Shown here in pieces: positions 19,536 to 29,666 of a stretch of 64,000 nt of DNA; within the stretch, counting starts at the first letter, position 1; each line of letters starts with the position of its first letter. Origin of the DNA: Clostridia bacterium (GTDB taxonomy: Bacteria > Bacillota > Clostridia > JAAYHZ01); NCBI GenBank assembly GCA_050950825.1, contig JBMNIH010000003.1, positions 96,001-160,000 of the forward strand, read 5' to 3'. Below the pieces are notes generated by a model, which did not search any database, was not told the DNA's origin, and saw nothing but the letters and a program-made list of their open reading frames with translations. A program made the translations under genes and the position numbers.

Positions 19536-21080
19536 TTATCTTCCTACCAAGCCTGTCTTGTTAATCAAAATCTCCAACATCTCGTCCAATGCCGTCATCA
19601 ATCTTGCGGATGCTTGGTACGCTTTTTCATAGCGAATCATGTTGGTCATTTCTTCGTCCATGTCCACTCCGGATACGGACTGCCTTTTGTAGTCGATGCC
19701 GGCCAACACGGTTCCCTCGTTTTCCTCCATATTGTTTGCATAAGCGGCTTGTGTTCCTAAATCCACGGATACGGATCTTAAGTATTCTTCGAAGTCAAAA
19801 GAGCCTAAAACGTTTTTACCGTCTCGCAATTCCAAAAGAGACAGAATGTTTTCGTTGTTCCCGCTGTTAATCAATTGGTTGACTTCTTCGGAGGATCCTG
19901 CGATGCTATATACGTTTTTCACGATGGCATCGTTCACCCTCATTGTAGATGCCGTCAAGCCGTTAGGATCGAAGAAGTCGATACCGGTTTGCGAAAGAAC
20001 GCCCTCCGAAAGATTCGGATAGCTCCATCCGCTTCGGTGCACTTCGTTGAACTTTTCCACGAAGTTTTCGACAAAGGTGTCCAATTGCCGGATATAGTAC
20101 GGGATCCCTTTGTTGTCCTCCGAATCGCCGTCTCTCATATCCATATAGCCCTTCAGCTTACCGGAAGAGAAGGAGCCTATTTCCGTCGCATTCACACCGT
20201 CAATTACCGTGCCGGAAGAAGGATCTTGAATATACAGGGAGTGAAAAAAATCCTTGCTTCCGTCCGGTAAAGTTTTATGATAAGTACCGAATGTAAAGTA
20301 CTTGTCGTGATCGATTAATGCGATCTCTCTTTCCGTTCCCGTCTCGTCCTTGATTGTCATATTCACCTTCAGGACGTCTTTTCCGTCGACGGTCTCTTCA
20401 CGGTATTGAATGCCTACGTATTCCGACAATTGATCCAAAAGCAAATCCCTTTTATCTCGAAGATCGTTGGCTCTTAGGCCGTTCGATTCGAATCTTGCGA
20501 TTTGCTCGTTCAAAGCCGCAATGTTTTTAATATATTCGTTTACTTGGGCAACGGACTTTTCCAACCGAAAATCCATTTCCTTTTGAATATCTTCCAAGGC
20601 GGAGGCTTTAAAACGTATGGTTTCGGTCAGCCTTACGGCCTGTTCCATAAAGCTTGTCCGAATATCCTTGCTTCCAACGTTCTTCGATAGCTCCTCCAAA
20701 TTGTTAAAGAATTGATTCAATATGGCGTTGATTCCCGTATCGGAAGGCTCTCTTAATATGTCTTCCGCAAAAGACAAGGTTTCGGCCTTCACCTGCCATT
20801 CTGCGTATATGGAGTTTTCTTTTCGAAACTGCCTGTCCAAAAATGTATCGCGGACTCCTACTATGTCAATTAAGTTTACTCCCGCCCCTACTTTATTCCC
20901 CGTAAGGTTGGCAAGCTGCGACATGTTTATGGAAGGGGCTACGGATGTGCCAACCGTTCTTTGTCTTACATATCCTTTGGTTTCGGCATTTGCAACATTG
21001 TGAGCCGTTACATCCAATGCCTTTTGATTATACGACAATCCGCTTTTCGATATCTCGAATCCGTAAAATGTTGATCTCAT
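19536..21080 (-). CDS. flgK: Hook-associated protein FlgK
   Basis: MRSTFYGFEISKSGL...HNVANAETKGYVRQ; SVSGVDMDEEMTNMIRYEKAYQASAR. Confidence 0.95.
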   Translation of the reverse strand: MRSTFYGFEISKSGLSYNQKALDVTAHNVANAETKGYVRQRTVGTSVAPSINMSQLANLTGNKVGAGVNLIDIVGVRDTFLDRQFRKENSIYAEWQVKAETLSFAEDILREPSDTGINAILNQFFNNLEELSKNVGSKDIRTSFMEQAVRLTETIRFKASALEDIQKEMDFRLEKSVAQVNEYIKNIAALNEQIARFESNGLRANDLRDKRDLLLDQLSEYVGIQYREETVDGKDVLKVNMTIKDETGTEREIALIDHDKYFTFGTYHKTLPDGSKDFFHSLYIQDPSSGTVIDGVNATEIGSFSSGKLKGYMDMRDGDSEDNKGIPYYIRQLDTFVENFVEKFNEVHRSGWSYPNLSEGVLSQTGIDFFDPNGLTASTMRVNDAIVKNVYSIAGSSEEVNQLINSGNNENILSLLELRDGKNVLGSFDFEEYLRSVSVDLGTQAAYANNMEENEGTVLAGIDYKRQSVSGVDMDEEMTNMIRYEKAYQASARLMTALDEMLEILINKTGLVGR

Positions 21081-21095
21081 AATTCCCTCGTTCCG

Positions 21096-21599
21096 TCAGA
21101 CTTTGGTGTCGATAATATTCCGCTTTTGCACTGCGGGGCGGTTCCCCCATTCGGTGTAGATGCCGTCTTTTTCCTCTCCCATTAAGGCATAATTCAATAT
21201 TTCCTGTATATATTGAAGATTGTTGTTCAATAGCTTCATGTTAAGATCGTTGGCTTCCTTCTGCTTTCTCAAAATCATCCGAAGCTCTTGTACAAGGGGG
21301 ATAAACTTGGACCGGTAAGAAGAAGGCATCCGATCGATGATCTCTTGTATGTGAATCTCGTGAAGGCCCGGCCCCAATCGCTGTGCAAGGGTTTTCGTAA
21401 GAGCCTCCCTTGTTTTTTCTTTCTCGTCTAAGGATGCAAATATGCTTTGTTCTTCGCTTACGATTTGTTCCAGTTCTTTTACACGATTGTGCATGATCAC
21501 ATCCGTCTTTTTCTCGGAAAGCTTCAGCATCCGGCTAAAAAACGCTTTTTCCTCAAGCAAGACGTTTAACAATTTTTCATACAGCTTTTCCTGTTCCAT
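21096..21599 (-). CDS. flgN: Flagellar export chaperone FlgN
   Basis: Coiled-coil protein between flgM and flgK; C-terminal IIDTKV. Confidence 0.85.
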   Translation of the reverse strand: MEQEKLYEKLLNVLLEEKAFFSRMLKLSEKKTDVIMHNRVKELEQIVSEEQSIFASLDEKEKTREALTKTLAQRLGPGLHEIHIQEIIDRMPSSYRSKFIPLVQELRMILRKQKEANDLNMKLLNNNLQYIQEILNYALMGEEKDGIYTEWGNRPAVQKRNIIDTKV

Positions 21600-21646
21600 A
21601 AAAAGAATCTCCTTCGCACCATCGTTTCAACCGCTCTTTTAAAACC

Positions 21647-21934
21647 TTAAGGCCGAATTTTATTGCTGTCTTGAATCATTTTTTCCGCTACGGCGGTGCT
21701 GTCAACCTTGTACGTGCCGTTTTCGATCGCCTTTTTAATCCCTGCGACCTTTTCCGCCCGAATGGAGCTGCCTTGCGCTTTCGCCGCTTTAATGGCGGTC
21801 AAATATGTTTTCGCCTCATCCGAAAGCTCCAATATATCGTTTTCCCGTATCACATCCGACTGCTTTTTTGCATTGACCGAATTCGTTTTGTATAGAGATA
21901 CCGCATCCGGCGGTTTAATCGGGTTAATCTTCAT
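21647..21934 (-). CDS. flgM: Anti-sigma28 factor FlgM
   Basis: DILELSDEAK...RAEKVAGIKKAIENGTYKVDSTAVAEKMI. Confidence 0.93.
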   Translation of the reverse strand: MKINPIKPPDAVSLYKTNSVNAKKQSDVIRENDILELSDEAKTYLTAIKAAKAQGSSIRAEKVAGIKKAIENGTYKVDSTAVAEKMIQDSNKIRP

Positions 21935-21947
21935 ATTCTCACACTCT

Positions 21948-22655
21948 CTACCTCATGATATTATTCGTTATTTCTTCCATTTGGTCTGCCGTCGTGATGG
22001 CGCGAGCGGCTACCTGATACGCTCTTTGGGAGCGTATTATTCTTGTCAGCTGCTCCGCGGTGTCGACGTTGGAGGCTTCCAAAAAGCCTTTTCGCACCTC
22101 GTCGTTTCCCGATAAGGCGGCTTGACCGGACACCTCGGTTTCCGAGTAATAATTTGCGCCCTCCGAGGATAACCCTTGGGGATTCGTAAATTCGAAAACA
22201 CCGGGAGAAGGATAATCCTCGTTCGTATTATCCGGTATGAAAATTCTGTTCCTATTGCTATCCAAAACATAATGCCCATCTTTTGTGAGAAGGAAGCCGG
22301 TTTCTCCTCTGTGAAAGCTTCCGTCTCGGGTAAAGCGTATTCCTTCGTTCGTTTCTATCGCAAAGAATCCGGTTCCGAAGATTGCAAAATCATAAGGGTT
22401 TCCCGTTTCTTCGATAGGACCTTGCGTGAAGGCGGTTTTGATATCGCTTAAAAGAACTCCGTGGCCTTGCTGCAAATTGTTTTCCGCCGACTCTTCAGCG
22501 GGAGTATGCATGGTGCGATATATGGCATCTTTAAAGCCTGCCGTTTTGCTTTTGTAGCCGGTCGTATTGATGTTGGCGATGTTATTGGCCGTAACGTCCA
22601 TGCTTTTTTGCTGTGCCGTCATTCCCGAGGCCGCGGTATACAATGCTTGGATCAC
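21948..22655 (-). CDS. flgG: Basal-body rod protein FlgG (FlhP-like)
   Basis: ALYTAASGM...ANNIANINTTGYK; FTRDGSF; GFLEASNVD; QRAYQ. Confidence 0.9.
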   Translation of the reverse strand: MIQALYTAASGMTAQQKSMDVTANNIANINTTGYKSKTAGFKDAIYRTMHTPAEESAENNLQQGHGVLLSDIKTAFTQGPIEETGNPYDFAIFGTGFFAIETNEGIRFTRDGSFHRGETGFLLTKDGHYVLDSNRNRIFIPDNTNEDYPSPGVFEFTNPQGLSSEGANYYSETEVSGQAALSGNDEVRKGFLEASNVDTAEQLTRIIRSQRAYQVAARAITTADQMEEITNNIMR

Positions 22656-22666
22656 CGTTTCTCACC

Positions 22667-23413
22667 TTAAACCTTTCCGATTTCGTTGACTGCTTTTCCT
22701 AATGTATCGTTAATAATGGAAGCCATTCGTTGATGGGTCTCGTATGATCTTGAAATTTCAATCATATCCGTCATTTGCTTTACCAAATCCACGTTCGACC
22801 CTTCCAAGAATCCTTGATGTACCCTTGCATTCGCCGCTACGGCTCCTGCATCATCTAACGCTTCGTACAAATTGTCTCCGATTTTTCTTAAGCCTTCGAC
22901 GTTTGTAAAATTCGTCAATTGTATGGTGTTAATGTATACGCCTTCGTTATAGACGTTGCCTTCCTTGTCGATTTGTACATCCTCCGATGCCAAGACGAAG
23001 GGCTCTCCGTTCGTTCCTAAGAGGGGATATCCGTCCGCCGTTACGATCCTTAAATTTTCATCGACTCGAAAAGCTCCGGCTCTCGTATAGCGAATGCCGT
23101 CTTCGGTATTCACGGCAAAAAAGCCTTCTCCTTCGATGGCCAAATCCAGCATTCTGTCGGTTTGATCTAGAGGTCCTTGAATAAAATCCGTCGCTACCGC
23201 ATCCGTGTGGAGACCGTAATTATACGGGCCTACTTCGTTTTTGCCGGCAGAATCGCCGATTCGACGGATCAATACGTCTTGAAAGGATCTTGTCAAAAGC
23301 TTATCCTGCTTAAATCCCGCCGTATCCACATTGGCCAAGTTGTTCGCCAATACATCCAGTTTTTTTCTTTGCGTTAACATACCCGTACCGACGGTATACA
23401 GTCCTCGAATCAT
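22667..23413 (-). CDS. flgF: Basal-body rod protein FlgF (FlhO-like)
   Basis: MIRGLYT...ANNLANVDTAGFK; YTRAGAF; QGFLEGSNVD. Start may be GTG 23419. Confidence 0.88.
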   Translation of the reverse strand: MIRGLYTVGTGMLTQRKKLDVLANNLANVDTAGFKQDKLLTRSFQDVLIRRIGDSAGKNEVGPYNYGLHTDAVATDFIQGPLDQTDRMLDLAIEGEGFFAVNTEDGIRYTRAGAFRVDENLRIVTADGYPLLGTNGEPFVLASEDVQIDKEGNVYNEGVYINTIQLTNFTNVEGLRKIGDNLYEALDDAGAVAANARVHQGFLEGSNVDLVKQMTDMIEISRSYETHQRMASIINDTLGKAVNEIGKV

Positions 23414-23455
23414 TCGCACACTCCTTATTTATATTCCATAAACACCTTTACATGT

Positions 23456-23482
23456 TTATCGAATTCACGATAAAAATCTTTA
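23456..23482 (-). promoter_or_regulatory. sigma28 promoter of the flgFG-flgMN-flgKL operon
   Basis: TAAA-GATTTTTATCGTGAA-TTCGATAA. Confidence 0.8.
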
Positions 23483-23506
23483 GCACTTTTTAAAAGTTAT
23501 AGGTAA

Positions 23507-23548
23507 TAAAAAGCCGGCGGAACGCGTTTTTTTGGCAATTCCGTCGGC
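23507..23548 (-). terminator. Intrinsic terminator after fliA
   Basis: GCCGACGGAA-N16-TTCCGCCGGC followed by TTTTTATT. Confidence 0.7.
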
Positions 23549-23558
23549 GGTACGGGGA

Positions 23559-24308
23559 TTATTTTAATTTGTTTCTCAGCTTAAACAAGGCGGCGGAGTG
23601 AATTTGGGAGACTCGAGATTCGCTGACATCAAGAACGGCACCGATTTCCTTCAGCGTCAGTTCTTCGTAATAGTAAAGGGTAATAACCAGCCTTTCTCTT
23701 TCCGTCAGTTGGTCAATGGCCTCCGCTAAATTTTGCTTCAATTCTTTGCTTTCATAGCTTTCCTCGGGGATATATTCCTCGTCATCCTCCTCGGGCTCTA
23801 GGCCCGCCATCTCCAATATGCTGTCGATATTTAGAATATTGTATGTATAGGCTCCTTCCAAAACCTCTCTGAATTCTTTTTCATCCATTTGGAGGTATTT
23901 TCGGACCTCCTCTTCCGTAGCCGGCTTTCCGGTTTCCGATTCAATTAGGGCATAAGCCGCTTCCACCTTCTTGATCTTTGCTCGGGTGTTTGCCGGAATA
24001 AAGTCTTGCTTTCGCAGAAAATCAATGATTTCGCCCTTAATTCGATATCCCGCATAGGTTTTGAAGTTGATGCCTTTATGAATGTCAAACTTGGTCACGG
24101 CGTCAATTAAGCCGATAACACCGCAGCTCATCATATCGTCGATGTCCACAAATTTGCCGTAGCTGGGCACCAATTTGAAAACAATACTCTTAACCAAATC
24201 CATATAGTAGGTTACCAAAACGTTTCTTTCGGCTTGCCCGCGTTTTTCCGCATACCTTCTCCATACTTCATCGATATCCATATCCGTCTTATACCCTAAC
24301 ATCATCAT
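23559..24308 (-). CDS. fliA: RNA polymerase sigma factor FliA/SigD (sigma28)
   Basis: GLIDAVTKFD...FKTYA.YRIKGEIIDFLRKQD; LTLKEIGAVLDVSESRVSQIHS. Confidence 0.96.
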   Translation of the reverse strand: MMMLGYKTDMDIDEVWRRYAEKRGQAERNVLVTYYMDLVKSIVFKLVPSYGKFVDIDDMMSCGVIGLIDAVTKFDIHKGINFKTYAGYRIKGEIIDFLRKQDFIPANTRAKIKKVEAAYALIESETGKPATEEEVRKYLQMDEKEFREVLEGAYTYNILNIDSILEMAGLEPEEDDEEYIPEESYESKELKQNLAEAIDQLTERERLVITLYYYEELTLKEIGAVLDVSESRVSQIHSAALFKLRNKLK

Positions 24309-24346
24309 GATCCTCCGATAATACGTAATCCGGTTCTTCCGCCCGT

Positions 24347-26386
24347 TTAAGCGGTAATGACTTTTTTATTGATCAACCGGACATCCGGCTCGATTTCATT
24401 AAACGACAAGACCACAAGGTCCGGAGCCATCGGTTCCGTCAGTCGTTTCAAATGGAATCGTACAATAGGGGAAGTAACCATTATGGGGGGAAATCCCATC
24501 TCCACAAAGGATTCCATCGCCTTTTTGACATTGTTCAATATGCTTTGAAGCTTGTTAGGCTCCAAATTGACATAAGAGCCCTGCTTCGTCTGCTGAATGC
24601 TGCTTAATATCAGCTGCTCCAAGTCCGGATCCGACATCATGACGGGAGCGCTTCCTTCCGGTATGAACTTGGAGGTGATGATCCTTCTCATGTTCTGCCG
24701 CACATACTCCGTCAGCATGTCCGTGTCCTTCGTCACCGGCCCGTAATCGCTTAAAGTTTCCAATATGGTGGTCATATCCTTGATGGGAATGGCCTCTCTT
24801 AACAGGTTGCATAAAACACGCTGAAGCTCCCCTAAGGATACGGCCTTTGGTACGGTTTCTTCCACCAACGCAGGCTGGGTCGCTTTTACCATATCCAAAA
24901 GCTCTTTTACCTGCTGCCTGTCCAAAAGCTCGTGACCGTGGCGCTTTAACACCTCCGTCAAATGGGTAGCGATGACGGAAGAAGGCTCGATTAAGGTATA
25001 GCCTAAGGTTTCGGCCTTTCCCTTCATCCTTTTATCCACCCATTTCGCCGGCAATCCGAATGCGGGCTCTAAGGTATCGATACCTTCTAAGGTATCCTCC
25101 GTGTCGTCGTTCTTTATGGCCATGTAGCGATCGGCAAATACGACGCCTTCCGCCACCTTCGCCCCTTTGATTTTGATCATGTATTGGTCCGGCTTAAGCT
25201 GCATATTGTCCCTCAGCCTTATGACCGGGATTACCATGCCTAAATCGATGGCGCACTGCCTTCGGATGGCTACAATTCTGTCTAAAAGGTCTCCCCCCTG
25301 GTTGGCATCCACCAAAGGAATCAAGTTATAGCCGAATTCCAATTCGATTTTATCCACCTGCAATAAAGAAGAGATGTCTTCCGTTTTTTCGGTTTTCTTG
25401 GCCTCTCGGACCTGCTCTTCCGCCTTCTCCTTCGCTTCTTTTTCTTTTATGGCTTTACCGTAGCGGCTTCCGAGCCCTATAAACAAAGCGGCAAGGAGGA
25501 TCATGGGAAGCTTCGGCATTCCCGGGAGCAATCCCACAACGGCGATGATAATGCCGGATACCTTCATAACCGTAGGCTGTCGGAACAATTGCCTTCGGAC
25601 GTCGGCACCGATGTTTTCATCGGAGGCCGTTCTCGTCACCGTTATACCGGAGGCGGTAGACACCAAAAGCGCAGGCACCTGGCTTAAAATACCGTTCCCG
25701 ATGGTAGACAGCGCGAAGGTATTCAGCACTTCGTCAAAGGTCATTCCTTCCATCACCATACCGATGATGATTCCGCCGACAAAATTGATGATGGTTATAA
25801 TGATGCCGATGATGGCGTCCCCCTTGATGAACTTGCTGGCACCGTCCATGGACCCGTAAAAGTCCGCTTCACGCTGAATGTCTCTTCGTCTCGCTTTGGC
25901 GGTAGCTTCGTCAATGATTCCGGAGTTTAAGTCCGCATCAATGGCCATTTGTTTTCCCGGCATGGCGTCCAAGGTAAAGCGAGCGGCGACTTCGGATACT
26001 CTTTCCGTACCTTTCGTAATGACAATAAACTGTCCGGCTACCATAATGAGGAATATGATGATCCCTACGACAAAGTTGTCACCGATCACAAAGCTTCCGA
26101 AGGTGTTGACCACCTTCCCGGCATAGCCGGAGTTGGAGAGAATCAGCCTTGTGGCCGCAACATTCAATCCCAAACGGAACAGGGTTACGATCAGAAGCAA
26201 AGCCGGAAAAACCGAAAATTGCAGCGGTTGGGTTATATACAAGGCCGTAAGCAGGATGACAATGGAGATTAAAATATTGAATATGAACAAAAAGTCCAGT
26301 GCGCCCGGCCTTAAGGGTATCATAACCAATAAAACGATGCCTATGATGGCAACGGCGATTAACGAGTCTCCGATCTTGATTTTCAT
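24347..26386 (-). CDS. flhA: Flagellar export gate FlhA
   Basis: RVSEVAARFTLDAMPGKQMAIDADL...FYGSMDGASKF. Confidence 0.97.
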   Translation of the reverse strand: MKIKIGDSLIAVAIIGIVLLVMIPLRPGALDFLFIFNILISIVILLTALYITQPLQFSVFPALLLIVTLFRLGLNVAATRLILSNSGYAGKVVNTFGSFVIGDNFVVGIIIFLIMVAGQFIVITKGTERVSEVAARFTLDAMPGKQMAIDADLNSGIIDEATAKARRRDIQREADFYGSMDGASKFIKGDAIIGIIITIINFVGGIIIGMVMEGMTFDEVLNTFALSTIGNGILSQVPALLVSTASGITVTRTASDENIGADVRRQLFRQPTVMKVSGIIIAVVGLLPGMPKLPMILLAALFIGLGSRYGKAIKEKEAKEKAEEQVREAKKTEKTEDISSLLQVDKIELEFGYNLIPLVDANQGGDLLDRIVAIRRQCAIDLGMVIPVIRLRDNMQLKPDQYMIKIKGAKVAEGVVFADRYMAIKNDDTEDTLEGIDTLEPAFGLPAKWVDKRMKGKAETLGYTLIEPSSVIATHLTEVLKRHGHELLDRQQVKELLDMVKATQPALVEETVPKAVSLGELQRVLCNLLREAIPIKDMTTILETLSDYGPVTKDTDMLTEYVRQNMRRIITSKFIPEGSAPVMMSDPDLEQLILSSIQQTKQGSYVNLEPNKLQSILNNVKKAMESFVEMGFPPIMVTSPIVRFHLKRLTEPMAPDLVVLSFNEIEPDVRLINKKVITA

Positions 26387-26396
26387 TTGTCCGACT

Positions 26397-27482
26397 TCAA
26401 ACCTCCCTGTATTTTCCCTTTATTCCGTATACCCACGCCAAAATTTCCGCTACGGCTTTATAGAACTCCTCCGGGATTTGCCTTCCTACGTCTACCGATT
26501 TATACAAAGCCTGCGCCAAAGGCTTGTTTTCAACGATTTCCACGCCGTGCTCCTTCGCTTTCTCCTTGATTCTTTTTGCGACATAGCCCTTTCCCTTTGC
26601 CGTGACGACGGGAGCGGCGTGCTTTTTGTCGTCATATTTTAAAGCCACGGCATAGGTGGTAGGGTTGGTAACCACCACGTCCGCTTCGGGAACCGCCTGC
26701 ATCATGCGGCCCATACTGATTTCCCTCTGCTTTCTTTTGATCTGCCCCTTGATTTCCGGGTTTCCTTCCAGCATCTTGTACTCTTCCTTTACCTCTTGCT
26801 TGGTCATACGTAGGTTCTTCTCGTATTCCCACCAGGTGTACAGAAAGTCTCCCACGGCATAGATCATCAGATACAGTCCCGTCTTCAAAGCCAAATCCAT
26901 TGTAAGCTCCGTCATAAACAGGAAGGATACGGGAATATCCACGGTCATGTAGTACGGGATTTTGGCCGCATTGTCTTTCACGATATCGATGACGATTCCG
27001 GCAATAATGACGAACTTGATGACGGACTTCAAAAGCTCCACCAAGGATTTACTCGATATCATTCGTTTTAATCCCTTAATGGGGTTTAATCTTGAAAACT
27101 GGGGCTTTAATGCTTTCGTCGAAAACAAAAAACCGAACTGCAAATAGTTTACGCATAATGCCAAAACGAAGGATACGGCCAATACGGGGCCGACAATCAA
27201 AAATATCGATACGATGACCTTTAAAAAGTATTGGCGTATATAACCCAAATCGAGGGAGCCTTCCTTGGGATTGACGCTTTGGTAAAGCTCCGTAAACACC
27301 GAAACCGTCTTGTTCCCTATATACGACTTTAAAGCGTTAAGGCTTGCAAACAAAGCCAACAGCGTTATGGCGGCATTTAACTCGGTGCTTTTTCGGACCT
27401 CCCCCTTTTCCCGAGTTTCTCTTCTTTTCTTTGGGGTCGGTTTTTCCGTGCGGTCGTCGGCCGCCATCATTACCAACATCAT
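26397..27482 (-). CDS. flhB: Flagellar export switch FlhB
   Basis: RTEKPTPKKRRE.REKG; MTKQEVKEEYK..EG.PEIK; TNPTTYAVAL. Confidence 0.96.
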   Translation of the reverse strand: MMLVMMAADDRTEKPTPKKRRETREKGEVRKSTELNAAITLLALFASLNALKSYIGNKTVSVFTELYQSVNPKEGSLDLGYIRQYFLKVIVSIFLIVGPVLAVSFVLALCVNYLQFGFLFSTKALKPQFSRLNPIKGLKRMISSKSLVELLKSVIKFVIIAGIVIDIVKDNAAKIPYYMTVDIPVSFLFMTELTMDLALKTGLYLMIYAVGDFLYTWWEYEKNLRMTKQEVKEEYKMLEGNPEIKGQIKRKQREISMGRMMQAVPEADVVVTNPTTYAVALKYDDKKHAAPVVTAKGKGYVAKRIKEKAKEHGVEIVENKPLAQALYKSVDVGRQIPEEFYKAVAEILAWVYGIKGKYREV

Positions 27483-28264
27483 GAAACCGTCGCCCTCCCG
27501 GCCAGCTCTCGTATACCGCTTAACATCGAATCGAATAGCACCTCGGAAACGTTGAAAAACAAGGGTACGGTTAAAAACAGCATCGCAAGGCCGATGAATA
27601 TTTTTACCGGTATCCCGATGACAAACATGTTCATTTGGGGCACGGAGCGGATCATAATTCCCATTGCCACCTCGGTTAAGAAAATAGCCGCCATCACCGG
27701 CATGGCGATTCGCAAAACAAGCACCATGGTCGATAAGAAAAACTCGACGATCACGACTCCGATGTCCAAGCTTAAAACGAATTTTCCGGGAGGCAGCACA
27801 ACAAAGGTCTCGGCCAAAACCTTAATCAGCATGTGATGGGTATTGCTTACGAAAAACATCACGAGCAAAAATACATTTAATATGCTGCCCGCTAACGGTA
27901 CTTGCATTCCGATTCTTTGATCGAACAGCTGGGCCATCCCGAACCCGATTTGCGTATCGGTAATATGGCCTGCGGATAAAATAACGGAGAAAAACAAAAT
28001 CGTTACAAAACCGATGCTTAAGCCGATGAGCAATTCTTTCAAGCAGCCGCTTGCAAATTCCGAAAGAGTCGTTTTTTGTCCCGCCGCTTCAGGAGGAAAC
28101 ATATTGACGAAAACGTAAGACAAAATTAAGCAAAGCATCACCTTCACTTCATTCGGAGCATTCTTTTTTCCTAAAACCGGCGACAAAACGAATATGGATG
28201 TCACGCGCAAGAAAATGTATGCAAATTGTACGACCCGGCTTAAAAGAACGTCTTCGTTTATCAT
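27479..28264 (-). CDS. fliR: FliR
   Basis: Hydrophobic; DTQIGFG; PQMNMFVIGIPVKI. Confidence 0.93.
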   Translation of the reverse strand: MINEDVLLSRVVQFAYIFLRVTSIFVLSPVLGKKNAPNEVKVMLCLILSYVFVNMFPPEAAGQKTTLSEFASGCLKELLIGLSIGFVTILFFSVILSAGHITDTQIGFGMAQLFDQRIGMQVPLAGSILNVFLLVMFFVSNTHHMLIKVLAETFVVLPPGKFVLSLDIGVVIVEFFLSTMVLVLRIAMPVMAAIFLTEVAMGIMIRSVPQMNMFVIGIPVKIFIGLAMLFLTVPLFFNVSEVLFDSMLSGIRELAGRATVS

Positions 28265-28268
28265 CTTT

Positions 28269-28538
28269 TCACCTTACCGTTGCGGCCATATACTCGTAAA
28301 GCTTCATCGTAAAATCCGTAAGCTTGTTGATCATCCAAGGCCCGAAAAAAATCAGCGCTAAAAATATGGCAATGATTTTGGTAATAAAGCCCAAGGATTG
28401 CTCGTTTACCTGCGTAGCCGCTTGGATAATGGAAACAATGATTCCGATTACCAATCCTGCCGCCAATACCGGCGCGGCCACTTCGATCACCGTTAAAAGA
28501 GCTTGTTGGATTACGGTTACAGCATCCGCTTGTCCCAT
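28269..28538 (-). CDS. fliQ: FliQ
   Basis: IQAATQVNEQSLGFITK...GPWM. Confidence 0.95.
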   Translation of the reverse strand: MGQADAVTVIQQALLTVIEVAAPVLAAGLVIGIIVSIIQAATQVNEQSLGFITKIIAIFLALIFFGPWMINKLTDFTMKLYEYMAATVR

Positions 28539-28560
28539 TGAAAAACCATCCTAATAATTA

Positions 28561-29322
28561 TTAATTAAAACTTTTTACGAGGGTTTCTACGGTTATCGAC
28601 CAACCGTCCACCAGTATGAACAACAAAAGCTTGAAGGGCATGGATATCAAGGTCGGAGGAAGCATCATCATACCCATGGACATTAACGTGCTTGCTACGA
28701 TCATGTCGATGACGATGAAAGGTATGTACAAGTAAAATCCCATTTTAAAAGCGGTCTTCAGCTCGCTGGTAATAAACGCGGGAATCACCGTCGTCAAAGG
28801 CAGGTCGTCAAGGGTTTCCGGAGCTTCTCCGTCGGACAGCTCGATGAACAGGTTCACGTCTTGGCTGTAGGTATTCTTGAGCATAAACTCTTTAATAATC
28901 GACGCGCCCGTGTTCAAGGCTTCCTCTTGGGAGACGGTTCCTTCCATAAAAGGCTTGTATGCTCGATCGTTCAGATCCATAAATACCGGCCGCATGATGA
29001 ACAAAGTGAGAAACAAAGCCAATCCGATGATCACTTGGTTCGGAGGCGCCTGCTGGGTATTCATGGCGTTTCTTGTGAAGGAAAGCACGATGACGATCCG
29101 GGTAAACCCGGTCATCATAATCAATATGGAGGGCAAAAGAGTTAAAACCGTCAAAACCAATAACAGCTTCATGACCGTCGACGCGGATTCCGGGCTTTCG
29201 TCAAACAGCGAACCGTCTATCGATACCAAAGGCTCCGCAGCGGCAGCCGTAACACCTGCAAACAGGAAGAAAACAATGAAAACCGCGATAATGATTTGTA
29301 TTTTAAGCTTTCTCTTTCCCAT
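28561..29322 (-). CDS. fliP: FliP
   Basis: FTRIVIVLS; PPNQVIIGLALFLT; PAFITSELKTAF; MGMMMLPP. Confidence 0.96.
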   Translation of the reverse strand: MGKRKLKIQIIIAVFIVFFLFAGVTAAAAEPLVSIDGSLFDESPESASTVMKLLLVLTVLTLLPSILIMMTGFTRIVIVLSFTRNAMNTQQAPPNQVIIGLALFLTLFIMRPVFMDLNDRAYKPFMEGTVSQEEALNTGASIIKEFMLKNTYSQDVNLFIELSDGEAPETLDDLPLTTVIPAFITSELKTAFKMGFYLYIPFIVIDMIVASTLMSMGMMMLPPTLISMPFKLLLFILVDGWSITVETLVKSFN

Positions 29323-29656
29323 CCTTGTTCTCTTTCACTCCGACTTTCAATAGCTTTCGAAAGACCGCATCAAAGGGCTCTTTCGAAAGGCTTCGTTCTT
29401 CCGTTTGTACCGCCCTTTGGTCCAACGTATCGATCACCGTAACGTTTTGCTCGGTAAACCCCAAAAAGTAGACTTTGTCTCCCGTCTTCACAAGCACAAG
29501 ACACTTTCCCCGATCGATGGCCGTGCGCTCAAGCACCGTCATGTTCTTTCCGGAGCTTGCGCCGAACCCGCCGGATCCGGACAGCCATTTGACGCAAAAT
29601 CGAGCCAGCACGATGACGGCTACAAAAACAATGAAAAACCCGATTACTTCAACCAT
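29303..29656 (-). CDS. fliO: FliO/FliZ
   Basis: N-terminal TM helix plus beta domain, between fliY and fliP. Confidence 0.8.
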   Translation of the reverse strand: MVEVIGFFIVFVAVIVLARFCVKWLSGSGGFGASSGKNMTVLERTAIDRGKCLVLVKTGDKVYFLGFTEQNVTVIDTLDQRAVQTEERSLSKEPFDAVFRKLLKVGVKENKDGKEKA

Positions 29657-29666
29657 CGAAAGCTCC

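Noticed and set aside
21948-23482. Rod genes flgF/flgG under sigma28 control as a novelty
   Set aside because: Parallels the known SigD-dependent flhO-flhP operon of B. subtilis.
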